From contig JANQED010000133.1 in assembly GCA_028278545.1 (NCBI GenBank), forward strand, positions 20,934 through 84,933: a DNA stretch of 64,000 nucleotides, written 5' to 3'. Origin of the DNA: Anaerolineales bacterium. Lineage in GTDB: Bacteria > Chloroflexota > Anaerolineae > Anaerolineales > UBA11858. Positions 55,359 to 64,000 of the stretch are shown here, piece after piece (the first letter of the stretch is position 1; each line of letters opens with the position of its first letter). Under the pieces are notes generated by a model, which saw only the letters and a program-made list of their open reading frames with translations, made no database searches and was not told the DNA's origin. The translations under genes and the position numbers were made by a program.

Positions 55359-57683
55359 TCAATCTGGATATAAGATGGCTACAGCTTGTCCTGCCTCATT
55401 ATCCATGACCAACTCTAGATGGTATCCTGGCCGGAAAGATGAAACGTCGATCAGACGTAGACACGCCTCTAAGTTTACCTCATCAGGAGCGCGTTCAGCC
55501 AATTGATTCGGGGTATTATAAAAGAATTCGCGATTGAAAACCACATCTTCATCCTCCAAAAAAATTGCCAGGGGGTAGATATTAGCTTCCACCAGGTCCT
55601 GGAAGAAATGCGTTCCGAACGAAGGCTCAGGAGCCATCCCAATCCCTTCGCCCGCCAGTTCCACCAGGGCGCGCGTGTTGTAAATATCGGCATAGCGGAT
55701 ATTTACCCCTAAATCAGGATTACGCGTCCCCCAGCGACCAGGGCCGATGCAAATAAAAACATCGTTGACCAAAATGTTGTTTACCCGGCCAATCGCTCGC
55801 CCCAATTCAGAGCGGGCAGACGGTGTAGGCAACGCATAATACCCCTCGGGGACAACAAACAGCACATAGCGAATATTCGCCACATGCCCCTGAGGAACCA
55901 TGCGCCTTGTAGAGAAGACAATATCATCGGGGTTTAGATCATCCGGGATAAAAGCTTCCTTCACTTCAGCATGGCTCTGGGGACGGCACTGCAAAATAGA
56001 TATTTTAACGTCCGGTGTTATGTTTTGCAGGTTATCCACATGGACCGCAAACTCCATGTCCACAGGGGTTTTATAATAACGCTCCAAAAGATTGAGGATG
56101 CGCTTCATACGATCAGCGATTTCTGTACGTTGAATGAGCGCATCGAAAGTCAGCACTACCCGCTCAATAGCGTCCCCAGATAGATTGCTGCGGATGGGGA
56201 CAAGATACCCGCCATGGTCCATCTGAGCGATGTATCGCAAGAGGGGGTATCGGCGGGTGAGCACATCATGAACCGCCAAGGTCTCGAATTGGTTCTCTTT
56301 CAGATTAATCACATCGATGTATTGCTGAGAATAGCGCCGGATCAACTTCGGCTCAGACTCAGGCCGCAGATTAGGGTGGCTAAGCGCTACCAGCCGGGGA
56401 TAATCATTGCCAACCCGATCAACAGCGCGAGTCCCCAGGCCCCATACTAACCGCAAGAAGCCATCCTCACTGCTGATTTGAGGAGACCAGCGATAGAGGT
56501 TGCGGCTGAAACCTACCCCGGCAGCATGAGGGAAGAAATAATCCCCAAAGCGCTCCCCTTCCACAACTTGGACGAGGATTGCCAACCGTTCATCATAATC
56601 TTGCAAACCCATGGCGCGCCGGTAGAGCAATGCATCCGGGTTGAGGCCGCTGGCGAAAACATAAGCAATGGCTTGTGTCAATTCAAAGAGATTCTCTTCG
56701 GGAGAACTCTGGTTGGGGCAGAATACGCTTTCGTACTTCCCGGCAAATGACGTCCCAAAGTTGTCCTCCAGGAGCGAGGAAGAGCGTACAATTAATGGTT
56801 GGGGGCCAACTTCAGCCAACAATTCTTGAAGCTTCTCGACAATATCCGCAGGGAATTCAGCTTTGGCATACTCTGCTTGGATCGTAGCGTATTCGGAATT
56901 GATCTGTTCCTCGGATTTGTACTTTTGATCCGCCCAGTGGATCAAATCGTTATAGCTCATGAAAGCATACATCACATCCGAACCGAGGAAATAAGACTCC
57001 GGGATGCGCAAACTCTCGCGAATATCGTCCCCGGCAATTTCGCTCAGTATGCGCGCTGCCAGCAACATCCCCGCGGCCTTGCCGCCGATTTTCCCATGCC
57101 CGATTTTGCGGCGTTGGATTTCAAACAAGTCGCTAGCAGTGAACCAGGTTTTAGCGATATTGATATAAGCCAACTGGTCGCTGATCATCCGGCGGATCAG
57201 CACGACGATCAACTCATGATAGCGGTGCTTATAATGAGCATGCTCCTCAGGGGGCAGGTTTTCAATGGCTAGAGCCTGTTCAAAGATCATATCCTGGGGA
57301 GCTAACTCGGGGTTGAAAGAGACCTCAATCTCCTCTGCCATAGGAACGCGCTCAGCAAGCACGCCCTTGACGATCTCCTCAAATTCTTCGAACCTCAAGT
57401 TATAGGCAAAATAGAAATCGGTCAGGTGTGTGCGGATACGCGACATCCTGATTTCCCAGATTTCTTCTGTTTCTTCCCAGAGGGGGTCGTGCAACCCTTC
57501 TCGAGCCTGGGATTGGATTGCCTTTTGGCGTACCTCGGCCTCGAAATCCTTAGCGGAAAGAATCCCCCGTTCAAAGAGCGCCCGGCGCATACGAGCGCGT
57601 ATACGCGTCCGCAAGATGGGGTACTGAGCCAATGCCAGATACACTCGTAATGCTCGATCAGTGGAAGGGTTTGGCAGCGTCAT
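55359..57683 (-). CDS. PEP/pyruvate-binding (PPDK N-terminal ATP-grasp) domain protein lacking phosphohistidine and PEP-utilizer domains
   Basis: HGKIGGKAAGMLLAARIL..., IVRSSSLLEDNFGTSFAGKYES. C-terminal block GPGRWGTRNPDLGV...SFGTHFFQDLVE. I see no GGxTSHAAI-type swivel-His motif anywhere in the 774 aa. Confidence 0.75.
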   Translation of the reverse strand: MTLPNPSTDRALRVYLALAQYPILRTRIRARMRRALFERGILSAKDFEAEVRQKAIQSQAREGLHDPLWEETEEIWEIRMSRIRTHLTDFYFAYNLRFEEFEEIVKGVLAERVPMAEEIEVSFNPELAPQDMIFEQALAIENLPPEEHAHYKHRYHELIVVLIRRMISDQLAYINIAKTWFTASDLFEIQRRKIGHGKIGGKAAGMLLAARILSEIAGDDIRESLRIPESYFLGSDVMYAFMSYNDLIHWADQKYKSEEQINSEYATIQAEYAKAEFPADIVEKLQELLAEVGPQPLIVRSSSLLEDNFGTSFAGKYESVFCPNQSSPEENLFELTQAIAYVFASGLNPDALLYRRAMGLQDYDERLAILVQVVEGERFGDYFFPHAAGVGFSRNLYRWSPQISSEDGFLRLVWGLGTRAVDRVGNDYPRLVALSHPNLRPESEPKLIRRYSQQYIDVINLKENQFETLAVHDVLTRRYPLLRYIAQMDHGGYLVPIRSNLSGDAIERVVLTFDALIQRTEIADRMKRILNLLERYYKTPVDMEFAVHVDNLQNITPDVKISILQCRPQSHAEVKEAFIPDDLNPDDIVFSTRRMVPQGHVANIRYVLFVVPEGYYALPTPSARSELGRAIGRVNNILVNDVFICIGPGRWGTRNPDLGVNIRYADIYNTRALVELAGEGIGMAPEPSFGTHFFQDLVEANIYPLAIFLEDEDVVFNREFFYNTPNQLAERAPDEVNLEACLRLIDVSSFRPGYHLELVMDNEAGQAVAILYPD

Positions 57684-57693
57684 AAAGGTGATT

Positions 57694-57728
57694 AAAAACA
57701 GATCCGAAGCCGCGCCTGGCTTCGGATC
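57694..57728 (-). terminator. intrinsic terminator after dnaN
   Basis: 11-bp stem GATCCGAAGCC (57701-57711) / GGCTTCGGATC (57718-57728). On the minus strand it is followed by TGTTTTT. Confidence 0.75.
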
Positions 57729-57741
57729 ACATAAATCTCAT

Positions 57742-58899
57742 CTAGCTACCCAAATGCATCGGCATAATCACATGCAGGAAGTCTTTCTGACCCACAGGGC
57801 GGATGACCCCTGGGCTGGTGTCTGCCGAGGTCTCCAGGGCAACATTTGGCGATTTGATCACATCCAGCACTTCCCGCATGAAGCGCACGTTGAAAGCAAT
57901 CAGTATCGGCGGGCCTTCAATAGAAGCATCCACAATGGTCTGGCTTGAGCCTGTTTCTTCAGATTGCCCAGAAATCTCCACCGTGCCGGGCTGCAGCTCT
58001 CCACCGGGCGTAATGCTCACCCTGGCAATCAGCGTTCCCTCCCGGGCGAAGATCTCAGCTTGCTTGCAGGCCTTCAAAAAAGCATCTGTCGAGAGCACTG
58101 TGCGGGTTTGATGGCTGCGCGGGATGATTTGCTCATAGTCGGGGAAGGTGCCTTCGATCAACTGCGAGGCCAGTTCGACGTCCTGCGTACGGAAGATCAC
58201 ACGTCCACTCTGGGGTGGCATTAACATGGTGACGTTCTCACTGCCATCTGAACTGCCCCCACCAAGGGTAGTCGTGCTGATGCGCGCCAGTTCACCCAAC
58301 GCCCGCGCTGGGATGACCGCCTGAATGGGTTTTGGTACCGGAGAGGAGAGTTCCGCTTTACGCACAGAGAGCCTGAAGCCGTCTGCAGATGCGAAAGTAA
58401 TCTGATTTTCTTCGATAGTCACCAACACGCCGGTCAGAATAGGGCGGGCTTCATCCGTAGAAGTGGCAAAAACGACTTGCTGGATCATCTCCCTGAGGTC
58501 AGCCACATTGATCTGAACACCCTCCTCCAGGTCTGGAGTCGGCATAGGGGGGAATTCTTGGGCATCAATGCACTTGAGGTCGGTATTCGAAGTGCCACAA
58601 CGCACGTTCATGGTCTGTGTACGCACATTCAAATCCATATTGACCCGATCAGGGGGCAGCGTGCTCACCAAATCCGTAAAAGTGCGCGCCGGCACGGTCG
58701 TCGAACCCTCCTCTTCGATTTTAGCGCCAATCCAACAGGTGATGCCCAACTCCAAGTTGGTCGCCGAAAGGCGTAGACGCCCCTCATCACTGGCGATCAG
58801 GATATTGCTCAGGACGGGCAGCGTGCTGCGCGGCGATACTGCACGGGAAACAATCCCCAAACCAAGGGCGAGATTCTCTTGCAGAACTGATACTTTCAT
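57742..58899 (-). CDS. dnaN: DNA polymerase III beta sliding clamp
   Basis: 385 aa. MKVSVLQENLALGLGIVSRAVSPRSTLPVLSNILI... and a three-domain length are typical of DnaN. Confidence 0.9.
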   Translation of the reverse strand: MKVSVLQENLALGLGIVSRAVSPRSTLPVLSNILIASDEGRLRLSATNLELGITCWIGAKIEEEGSTTVPARTFTDLVSTLPPDRVNMDLNVRTQTMNVRCGTSNTDLKCIDAQEFPPMPTPDLEEGVQINVADLREMIQQVVFATSTDEARPILTGVLVTIEENQITFASADGFRLSVRKAELSSPVPKPIQAVIPARALGELARISTTTLGGGSSDGSENVTMLMPPQSGRVIFRTQDVELASQLIEGTFPDYEQIIPRSHQTRTVLSTDAFLKACKQAEIFAREGTLIARVSITPGGELQPGTVEISGQSEETGSSQTIVDASIEGPPILIAFNVRFMREVLDVIKSPNVALETSADTSPGVIRPVGQKDFLHVIMPMHLGS

Positions 58900-58977
58900 G
58901 AAGACCTCTCCTCACTCGTGTTGTATGGAGTATACAACGAGAAGTCCAAAAATTCCAGTTGATCGGTTTTGCCCGGC

Positions 58978-58997
58978 AAAAAGGGCTGAAACAGCCC
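58978..58997 (-). terminator. short terminator after the glutaredoxin-like gene
   Basis: Minus-strand GGGCTG-TTTC-AGCCC overlapping the stop codon, followed by T5. Confidence 0.5.
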
Positions 58998-59254
58998 TAA
59001 CGATTATGGTCCAGCGTGCCCAGTTTTTCAGTCAACTCAGCATTCGAAGGCTCAGCCAGGGTATCGCCATTTGGGAAAAGGATCGTAGGAACGACCCGCA
59101 TTCCATTATTGACTTGCTCAACAAAAGCCCGGCCTTCCGCATCCTTGCCGATGTCAATCCACTGATACTCAACCCCCACTTTTCTGAGAACATTTTTGGC
59201 CCGGACACAATCTGGACACCAAGTCGTTCCGTAAACGATGATATCGTGATCCAC
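58997..59254 (-). CDS. glutaredoxin/NrdH-like thioredoxin-fold protein
   Basis: 85 aa. Active-site context YGTTWCPDCVRAK. GTG start preceded by GAGAGG. Confidence 0.75.
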   Translation of the reverse strand: MDHDIIVYGTTWCPDCVRAKNVLRKVGVEYQWIDIGKDAEGRAFVEQVNNGMRVVPTILFPNGDTLAEPSNAELTEKLGTLDHNR

Positions 59255-59306
59255 GCATTACCTCTCTTCGATGATGATCATGTTTACAACCCCAAGGAGT
59301 ATATGA

Positions 59307-59420
59307 TTATTGCAAAAAGGTCAAGATGGGGGGCAACAGCATGGCGAGAACAATGAAAATGCCGATGATCACCATCACCGTCTGCTGCGTGCTTCTTCTT
59401 TTTTTCTTCTTCTTTGCCAT
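59307..59420 (-). CDS. candidate 37-aa single-pass membrane micro-protein (below the ORF-track size cutoff)
   Basis: My translation: MAKKKKKRRSTQQTVMVIIGIFIVLAMLLPPILTFLQ*. AGGAGAG SD 5 nt before ATG (59420). Polybasic N-terminus plus one TM helix. Confidence 0.35.
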   Translation of the reverse strand: MAKKKKKRRSTQQTVMVIIGIFIVLAMLLPPILTFLQ

Positions 59421-59466
59421 AGGGTCTCTCCTAAATAAACATCCATCGTGAATCAGTTCTGATCGC

Positions 59467-59844
59467 CTATTTCACTCGGTTTTTGATCGCCGTATTAATT
59501 TTATCCTCTAAATCATCAATGGTCACTGGTTTAAACAGATATCCATCAGCCCCAAGATCGGAGGCCTCGTTGACGCTGGCATCCGTGACCTCGGAAGAGA
59601 GCATCACGATGGGCATATCATCCAAATCGGGGCGGCTGCGCACAAATTTCAAGAACTCCATACCCGAGACAATCGGCATATTGATGTCGATGATCATGAT
59701 GTCCGGGCGTTCTCCATTGAGGACAGCCTTGGCTGCCCTTCTACAATCTAAGAAGGCGCGCGTGTCGTAATCCAACAACTTGAGCAATAGGCGGATTGCC
59801 TGGATCATCTCTCCGTCATCTTCGACGTACCATGCGACCTTCAA
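59467..59844 (-). CDS. stand-alone response regulator receiver domain (CheY-like)
   Basis: 125 aa. Acidic pocket YVEDDGE, phospho-acceptor context DIMIIDINMP, SSEV (T/S) and YLFKP (K). TTG start after AAGGAG. Confidence 0.8.
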   Translation of the reverse strand: MKVAWYVEDDGEMIQAIRLLLKLLDYDTRAFLDCRRAAKAVLNGERPDIMIIDINMPIVSGMEFLKFVRSRPDLDDMPIVMLSSEVTDASVNEASDLGADGYLFKPVTIDDLEDKINTAIKNRVK

Positions 59845-59873
59845 AAGTACACTCCTTCCATACTTAACGCAAC

Positions 59874-61739
59874 TTAACGCAGATGCTCCTTTACCGCCAC
59901 CGCAGTGTTGACATTCATCTTTGGGGCTGCGGCCAGTTCATCCTCTGAAGCCCGCCGAATGGCCTCGATAGAGCCAAAATGGCTCAACAGAGCTTTGCGT
60001 CGAGCGGGGCCGATCCCCGGAATGGCATCAAGTTGAGAGGTAATGCCCAACTTTGAGCGTTGTTTGCGATGGGCGGTGATCGCAAAGCGGTGCGCCTCAT
60101 CACGAATGCGCTGCACCAAGTATAACCCCTCTGACTTGCGGGGCAAGAGAATCGATTTCGATTTATTCGGCACAAAGATCTCTTCTTCGCGTTTGGCTAA
60201 CCCCACCACCGGGATCACATCGCACAAACCAAATTCATCAAGCACGGTTGTCGCCCGGCTGAGCTGCCCTTTACCGCCATCGATGATGATCAAATCGGGC
60301 AGCGCTGAAAAAGAAGCATCCGTTTTCTTGCCTGGCGTATCAGCGGATTCCTGGGCGCTCTGCCAACGTTTGAAACGGCGCCTGAGCATTTCTTCCATGC
60401 TGGCGAAATCGTCCGGGCCGATCACCGAACGGATATTGAAGCGGCGATAATGTCCTTTATTAGGCACACCCTGATCGAAAACGACCATACTGCCCACCGT
60501 TGCCACCCCCTGGGTCGTAGAAATATCATAGCACTCGATGCGTTTGGGTGCCCTGGGAAGGTCCAGGGCCTCATGTAATTCGGTCAAAGCCTGTGTCTGG
60601 CGATGCTCATCCGCTTCCCACTGGGCCTGCAAGGCGGTCAGGGTGTCAGCAGCGTTCTCAGCAGCCATCTGGATGAGTTCACGCTTCTGGCCGCGTTTGG
60701 GGATATTGATTTTCACTTTTTTGCCCCCTCGGCGGCTGTTCAGCCACTGACGAATGATCTGCGCCTCTTCGACCTCATGGGGCAGCAGCACCTGAGGTGG
60801 TACAGTGGGCGTTTGGTCGTAAAATTGCTTGACAAACTCAGCGATCACATTGGCATCCGGGTTATCGTCGGTGCCCTCCATGAGGAAGTATTCTCTCCCG
60901 ATGAGCTTGCCGCCTCGAATAAAGAACACCTGCACGCAAGCCTCGCGCTCGGAACGCGCCATGGCGATGACATCGGTATCCACATAATCCGAGGACAGCA
61001 CAATTTTTTGGCGGGCAACAATCTGTTGGATGGCGTCCAACTGATCGCGCAGCACCGCTGCCTGTTCGAAGCGTAACTCCTGGGAGGCCTGCTGCATCTC
61101 AGTTTGCAGGCGACTAATAATGCCCTCCGAACGGCCCCTCAGGAAATCCGCCAGGCCTTGGATCATCTGGCGGTATTCATCCTGGTTGGAGGCACCAATG
61201 CACGGGGCGATGCACAATTTTATGTCGTAATACAAGCAGGCGCGTTTGTCCGTGCCGGTGATCGTGCGGTTGCAGGTCAGATAAGGGAAAATCCGCCGCA
61301 GCACATCCAGCGTCTGGTGCACGGCCCAAACACCGGTATAGGGCCCAAAGTACTGCCCGCCATCATCAACTACTCTGCGGGTAACGGTGACCTTGGGAAA
61401 TGGCTCTGCCCAGTGGATTTTGATGTAGGGATAGCGCTTATCGTCTTTGAGGCGCACATTGTAGTAAGGTTTGTGCTTCTTGATCAGGTTCATCTCCAAG
61501 ATCAAGGCTTCCAGTTCTGAACCCACTACAATCCACTCGATATCGGCGATGCGCTTGACCAACTGGCGCGTGCGCGGGTGTTCCTGGCCCCCGGCATGGA
61601 AGTATGAACGCACTCGATGACGCAGGTTGACCGCTTTGCCCACATAGATCACCTCCCCGGCCTCGTTTTTCATCAAATAGCAGCCGGTTTTCGTGGGAAC
61701 GGTGTCTAAAATAGCCTGGAGTTTTTCGGGTACTTCCAT
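59874..61739 (-). CDS. uvrC: excinuclease ABC subunit C
   Basis: GIY-YIG N-domain (GCYLMKNEAGEVIYVGKAVNLRHRVRSYF), UVR domain, RNase H-like endonuclease domain, and C-terminal (HhH)2 (LDAIPGIGPARRKALLSHFGS). Confidence 0.95.
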   Translation of the reverse strand: MEVPEKLQAILDTVPTKTGCYLMKNEAGEVIYVGKAVNLRHRVRSYFHAGGQEHPRTRQLVKRIADIEWIVVGSELEALILEMNLIKKHKPYYNVRLKDDKRYPYIKIHWAEPFPKVTVTRRVVDDGGQYFGPYTGVWAVHQTLDVLRRIFPYLTCNRTITGTDKRACLYYDIKLCIAPCIGASNQDEYRQMIQGLADFLRGRSEGIISRLQTEMQQASQELRFEQAAVLRDQLDAIQQIVARQKIVLSSDYVDTDVIAMARSEREACVQVFFIRGGKLIGREYFLMEGTDDNPDANVIAEFVKQFYDQTPTVPPQVLLPHEVEEAQIIRQWLNSRRGGKKVKINIPKRGQKRELIQMAAENAADTLTALQAQWEADEHRQTQALTELHEALDLPRAPKRIECYDISTTQGVATVGSMVVFDQGVPNKGHYRRFNIRSVIGPDDFASMEEMLRRRFKRWQSAQESADTPGKKTDASFSALPDLIIIDGGKGQLSRATTVLDEFGLCDVIPVVGLAKREEEIFVPNKSKSILLPRKSEGLYLVQRIRDEAHRFAITAHRKQRSKLGITSQLDAIPGIGPARRKALLSHFGSIEAIRRASEDELAAAPKMNVNTAVAVKEHLR

Positions 61740-61948
61740 GGTGGGAGGATTCTAACATAAGTGGAAATAGCGAAGACCCTGGCAGGGCACGCAACAAGCG
61801 ACCAGATTGGCATAAATCTGGCAACAGGGTAATTACCCCCTCGACCCCCAAAACTTTGGGGGAGAACTCCCTTCCACACAGGTTTAACAAGTACAGGGGG
61901 CATGTCTTGGTCTTATTCTCTTGTCCCCTCCCCTGACTTCAGGGTAGA

Positions 61949-63505
61949 ATGCTGTTCATCCCCATGAATGAAGTGCACCGCTCTCCCCATCGAAAAGCGT
62001 GGCTCCTGGCTTTGCTGGCGCTGATCATCGCCATGATGGCCTGCACCCGCAAATGGCAGACCGACGCCGGGCCCTGGGAAGGCGTATCCGGCTCGACGAC
62101 GCAGGTGCCCGCCCAGAGCGAGTCCGCAGGCCCCTACACTCAGGCGCGCCCGCCTGGGGCTGCGGTGCTCTCGCCCACACCCGATGCCCCTCATCCGATC
62201 CCAGGGTTACGCACCGAAAACGAGCAACATATCGTCCAGGCAGGCGATACCTTAGGGATCATCGCCGAACGTTTCGGCATCACCGTGGAGGCTATCGCCG
62301 AAGCCAATGGGATCACCGACGTCAACGTCCTGGAAATCGGGCAGGTACTGGATATCCCCGCCCCAGAGCCCATTGCTACAGGGCCCAGCTTCAAGATCAT
62401 CCCCGATTCAGAGTTAGTTGCCGGGCCGGTAACCGCCTATTTTGATGTGCCGGATTTCGTCTCCGGCCTGAGCGGATACCTGGTTTCCCATGAAGAAGAG
62501 GTCGCAGAGAGTGTACTGCGGGGCTACCAGATCGTGCAGCGTGTGGCCACAGAATACTCTATCAATCCCCGGCTGCTGCTGGCCGTGCTGGAATACCAGA
62601 GCGGCTGGCTGAGCGACCCAAACCCGCGCACCTACACGATTAACTACGCGATGGGTTGGGAAGACCCCGACCGGGAGGGGCTTTATAAACAACTGGCCTG
62701 GGCAGCCAACGAACTCAATCGAGGCTATTACCTCTGGCGCGTGAATGGTGTTGGGAGTTGGGTGCTGCCCGATGGTACCGTGATCCCCGTTGACCCGACC
62801 ATCAACGCGGGTACAGCGGCCCTGCAGTATTTCTTCTCGAAGTTATACAAACGCGAAATCTGGCAGCGCACGGTCACCGCAGATGGGTTTTTCAAGGTTT
62901 ATCAAGAGCTTTTTGGCTACCCTTTCGATTACGCTTATGAACCCGTGCTGCCTCCAGACCTGACTCAACCGCCCTTGCAGCTTCCCTTCGAGGATGGGGT
63001 GGACTGGGCCTTTACGGGAGGTCCGCACGGGGGTTGGGGGGATGGCTCAGCCTGGGCTGCGATAGACTTTGCCCCCTACGACGAACCCCTGGGCTGCACG
63101 CAGAGCGAAAACTGGGTCGTCGCCATGGCCGATGGCCTGGTGATCCGCGCTGGGGATGGCGCGGTAGTCCAAGACCTGGACGGTGACGGTTTCGAACAAA
63201 CCGGCTGGACGCTGTTCTACATGCATATCGAAACCCGTGACCGGGTTGAATCAGGTACTTACCTGCAAGCTGGCGAGCGTGTCGGGCATCCATCCTGTGA
63301 AGGCGGGTTTTCCAGTGGGACGCACGTGCATATCGCCCGGCGGTATAACGGCGAATGGATCCCGGCTGACCAGGACATCCCCTTTGTGCTCGATGGCTGG
63401 GTAAGCGCGGGCACCGGGGGCGAATATGACGGTCTGCTGCGCAAGGGCGATCACACCATCTTCGCCGAGAACGGCCACACGCCGGAGAATCTCATTGATC
63501 GCTAA
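61949..63505 (+). CDS. LysM domain plus M23 family metallopeptidase lipoprotein
   Basis: Lipobox IIAMMAC. LysM HIVQAGDTLGIIAERFGITVEAIAEANGI. M23 context GERVGHPSCEGGFSSGTHVHIARRYNG. Confidence 0.8.
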   Translation: MLFIPMNEVHRSPHRKAWLLALLALIIAMMACTRKWQTDAGPWEGVSGSTTQVPAQSESAGPYTQARPPGAAVLSPTPDAPHPIPGLRTENEQHIVQAGDTLGIIAERFGITVEAIAEANGITDVNVLEIGQVLDIPAPEPIATGPSFKIIPDSELVAGPVTAYFDVPDFVSGLSGYLVSHEEEVAESVLRGYQIVQRVATEYSINPRLLLAVLEYQSGWLSDPNPRTYTINYAMGWEDPDREGLYKQLAWAANELNRGYYLWRVNGVGSWVLPDGTVIPVDPTINAGTAALQYFFSKLYKREIWQRTVTADGFFKVYQELFGYPFDYAYEPVLPPDLTQPPLQLPFEDGVDWAFTGGPHGGWGDGSAWAAIDFAPYDEPLGCTQSENWVVAMADGLVIRAGDGAVVQDLDGDGFEQTGWTLFYMHIETRDRVESGTYLQAGERVGHPSCEGGFSSGTHVHIARRYNGEWIPADQDIPFVLDGWVSAGTGGEYDGLLRKGDHTIFAENGHTPENLIDR

Positions 63506-63548
63506 AAATCCAACGCACGCCAACGGTAGGCCAGGGCTAGGCGCGGGA

Positions 63549-64000
63549 ATGAGCAGCAAAGACAATCACCCCCTTCGCTTCCAGAAAGAATATCTCCAAC
63601 GCGCTTCGCTTCGCGCGCCTGCGGCGCGCGGTATGCTCCTTTTGGTCGTCATAATTTCATCTCTCACAACCGGGTGCAGCCTATCGCGCCAGGATGCGCC
63701 ATTTGTCGCTCCCTCGGAGTACGAAGCGACCATCACACCTGATTGGGCCGCCACGTCAGAGGCAGCCGCGCCACCCACAGAGGCCATCCCGCCCGCCGAC
63801 CCAACAGAATCCCCGCTGCCCACCGAACTACCCACAGCGACCGTTGAGCTGGTCGAACCCTCTCCAACACCGCCCCCAACCATAGCCAACACGCCGACCA
63901 CTGTGCCGGCGGACACCGGCCCGCTGCTCTACTACACCCAGTCCGGCGACACGCTCGACGCCTTGGCCGTGCGCTTCGGGGTCACTGTCGATGAGATCGA
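63549..64000 (+). CDS. LysM domain lipoprotein, 5' partial (runs off the right window edge; absent from the ORF track)
   Basis: My translation from ATG 63549: MSSKDNHPLRFQKEYLQRASLRAPAARGMLLLVVIISSLTTGCSLSRQ..., a T/P linker, then ...LLYYTQSGDTLDALAVRFGVTVDEI (LysM start). No stop before nt 64000. Confidence 0.6.
   Translation, partial: MSSKDNHPLRFQKEYLQRASLRAPAARGMLLLVVIISSLTTGCSLSRQDAPFVAPSEYEATITPDWAATSEAAAPPTEAIPPADPTESPLPTELPTATVELVEPSPTPPPTIANTPTTVPADTGPLLYYTQSGDTLDALAVRFGVTVDEI

Noticed and set aside
56032-56040. Perfect DnaA box TTATCCACA
   Set aside because: It is a single copy inside the PEP-binding protein CDS, with no neighbouring boxes or AT-rich unwinding element. It is not evidence of an origin.
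63566-63916. 116-aa minus-strand ORF (Gly/Ser/Val/Ala-rich)
   Set aside because: It is the antisense shadow of the plus-strand LysM lipoprotein gene starting at 63549, which has a signal peptide, lipobox and LysM motif.

Overview
This 64-kb window looks like an ordinary chromosomal segment. I could not run similarity searches, so every product call rests on motifs I recognised by eye in the ORF-track translations and on hand inspection of the DNA. The ubiquitous Thr/Pro-rich linkers in secreted proteins, the T-box leaders and the overall gene content suggest a Chloroflexota (Anaerolineae-like) bacterium, but that is inference. GC is mostly high, with a few clearly lower-GC patches.

Content: about 55 protein genes, mostly housekeeping.
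- Translation, replication and repair: pheS/pheT, ileS, lysS, greA, dnaN, uvrC, ftsK, nfi.
- Other metabolism and envelope: ilvE, lgt, plsC-like, a CDP-alcohol phosphatidyltransferase, three tandem M42 peptidases, two aldo/keto reductases, and a sodN-sodX nickel superoxide dismutase pair.
- Mobile DNA: one apparently intact IS3-family element with a canonical A-AAA-AAG frameshift site at the left edge, next to a low-GC gene fragment.
- RNA regulators: two T-box leaders, Phe upstream of pheS and Ile upstream of ileS.
- I found no rRNA, tRNA, CRISPR array, integrase or recognisable defence island.

Most interesting observations:
1. A 1493-aa receptor Ser/Thr kinase has an N-terminal domain that keeps the kinase fold but has lost every catalytic motif. 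A canonical kinase, a repeat region, one TM helix and three extracellular repeat modules follow, and the extracellular part drops to about 33-40% GC.
2. Upstream of a SWIM zinc-finger gene there is a promoter, a perfect Shine-Dalgarno, a 12-codon micro-ORF and an intrinsic terminator.
3. The two T-box leaders share the same non-canonical specifier context.
4. A GIY-YIG-like (DUF123) gene and an HNH gene are transcribed divergently, with the HNH gene behind a perfect consensus promoter.
5. An ABC-2 permease is fused to a SpoIIM-like domain.
6. A PEP/pyruvate-binding-only protein follows dnaN.

I did not find a clear-cut novel multi-gene system; the items above are leads, not demonstrations.
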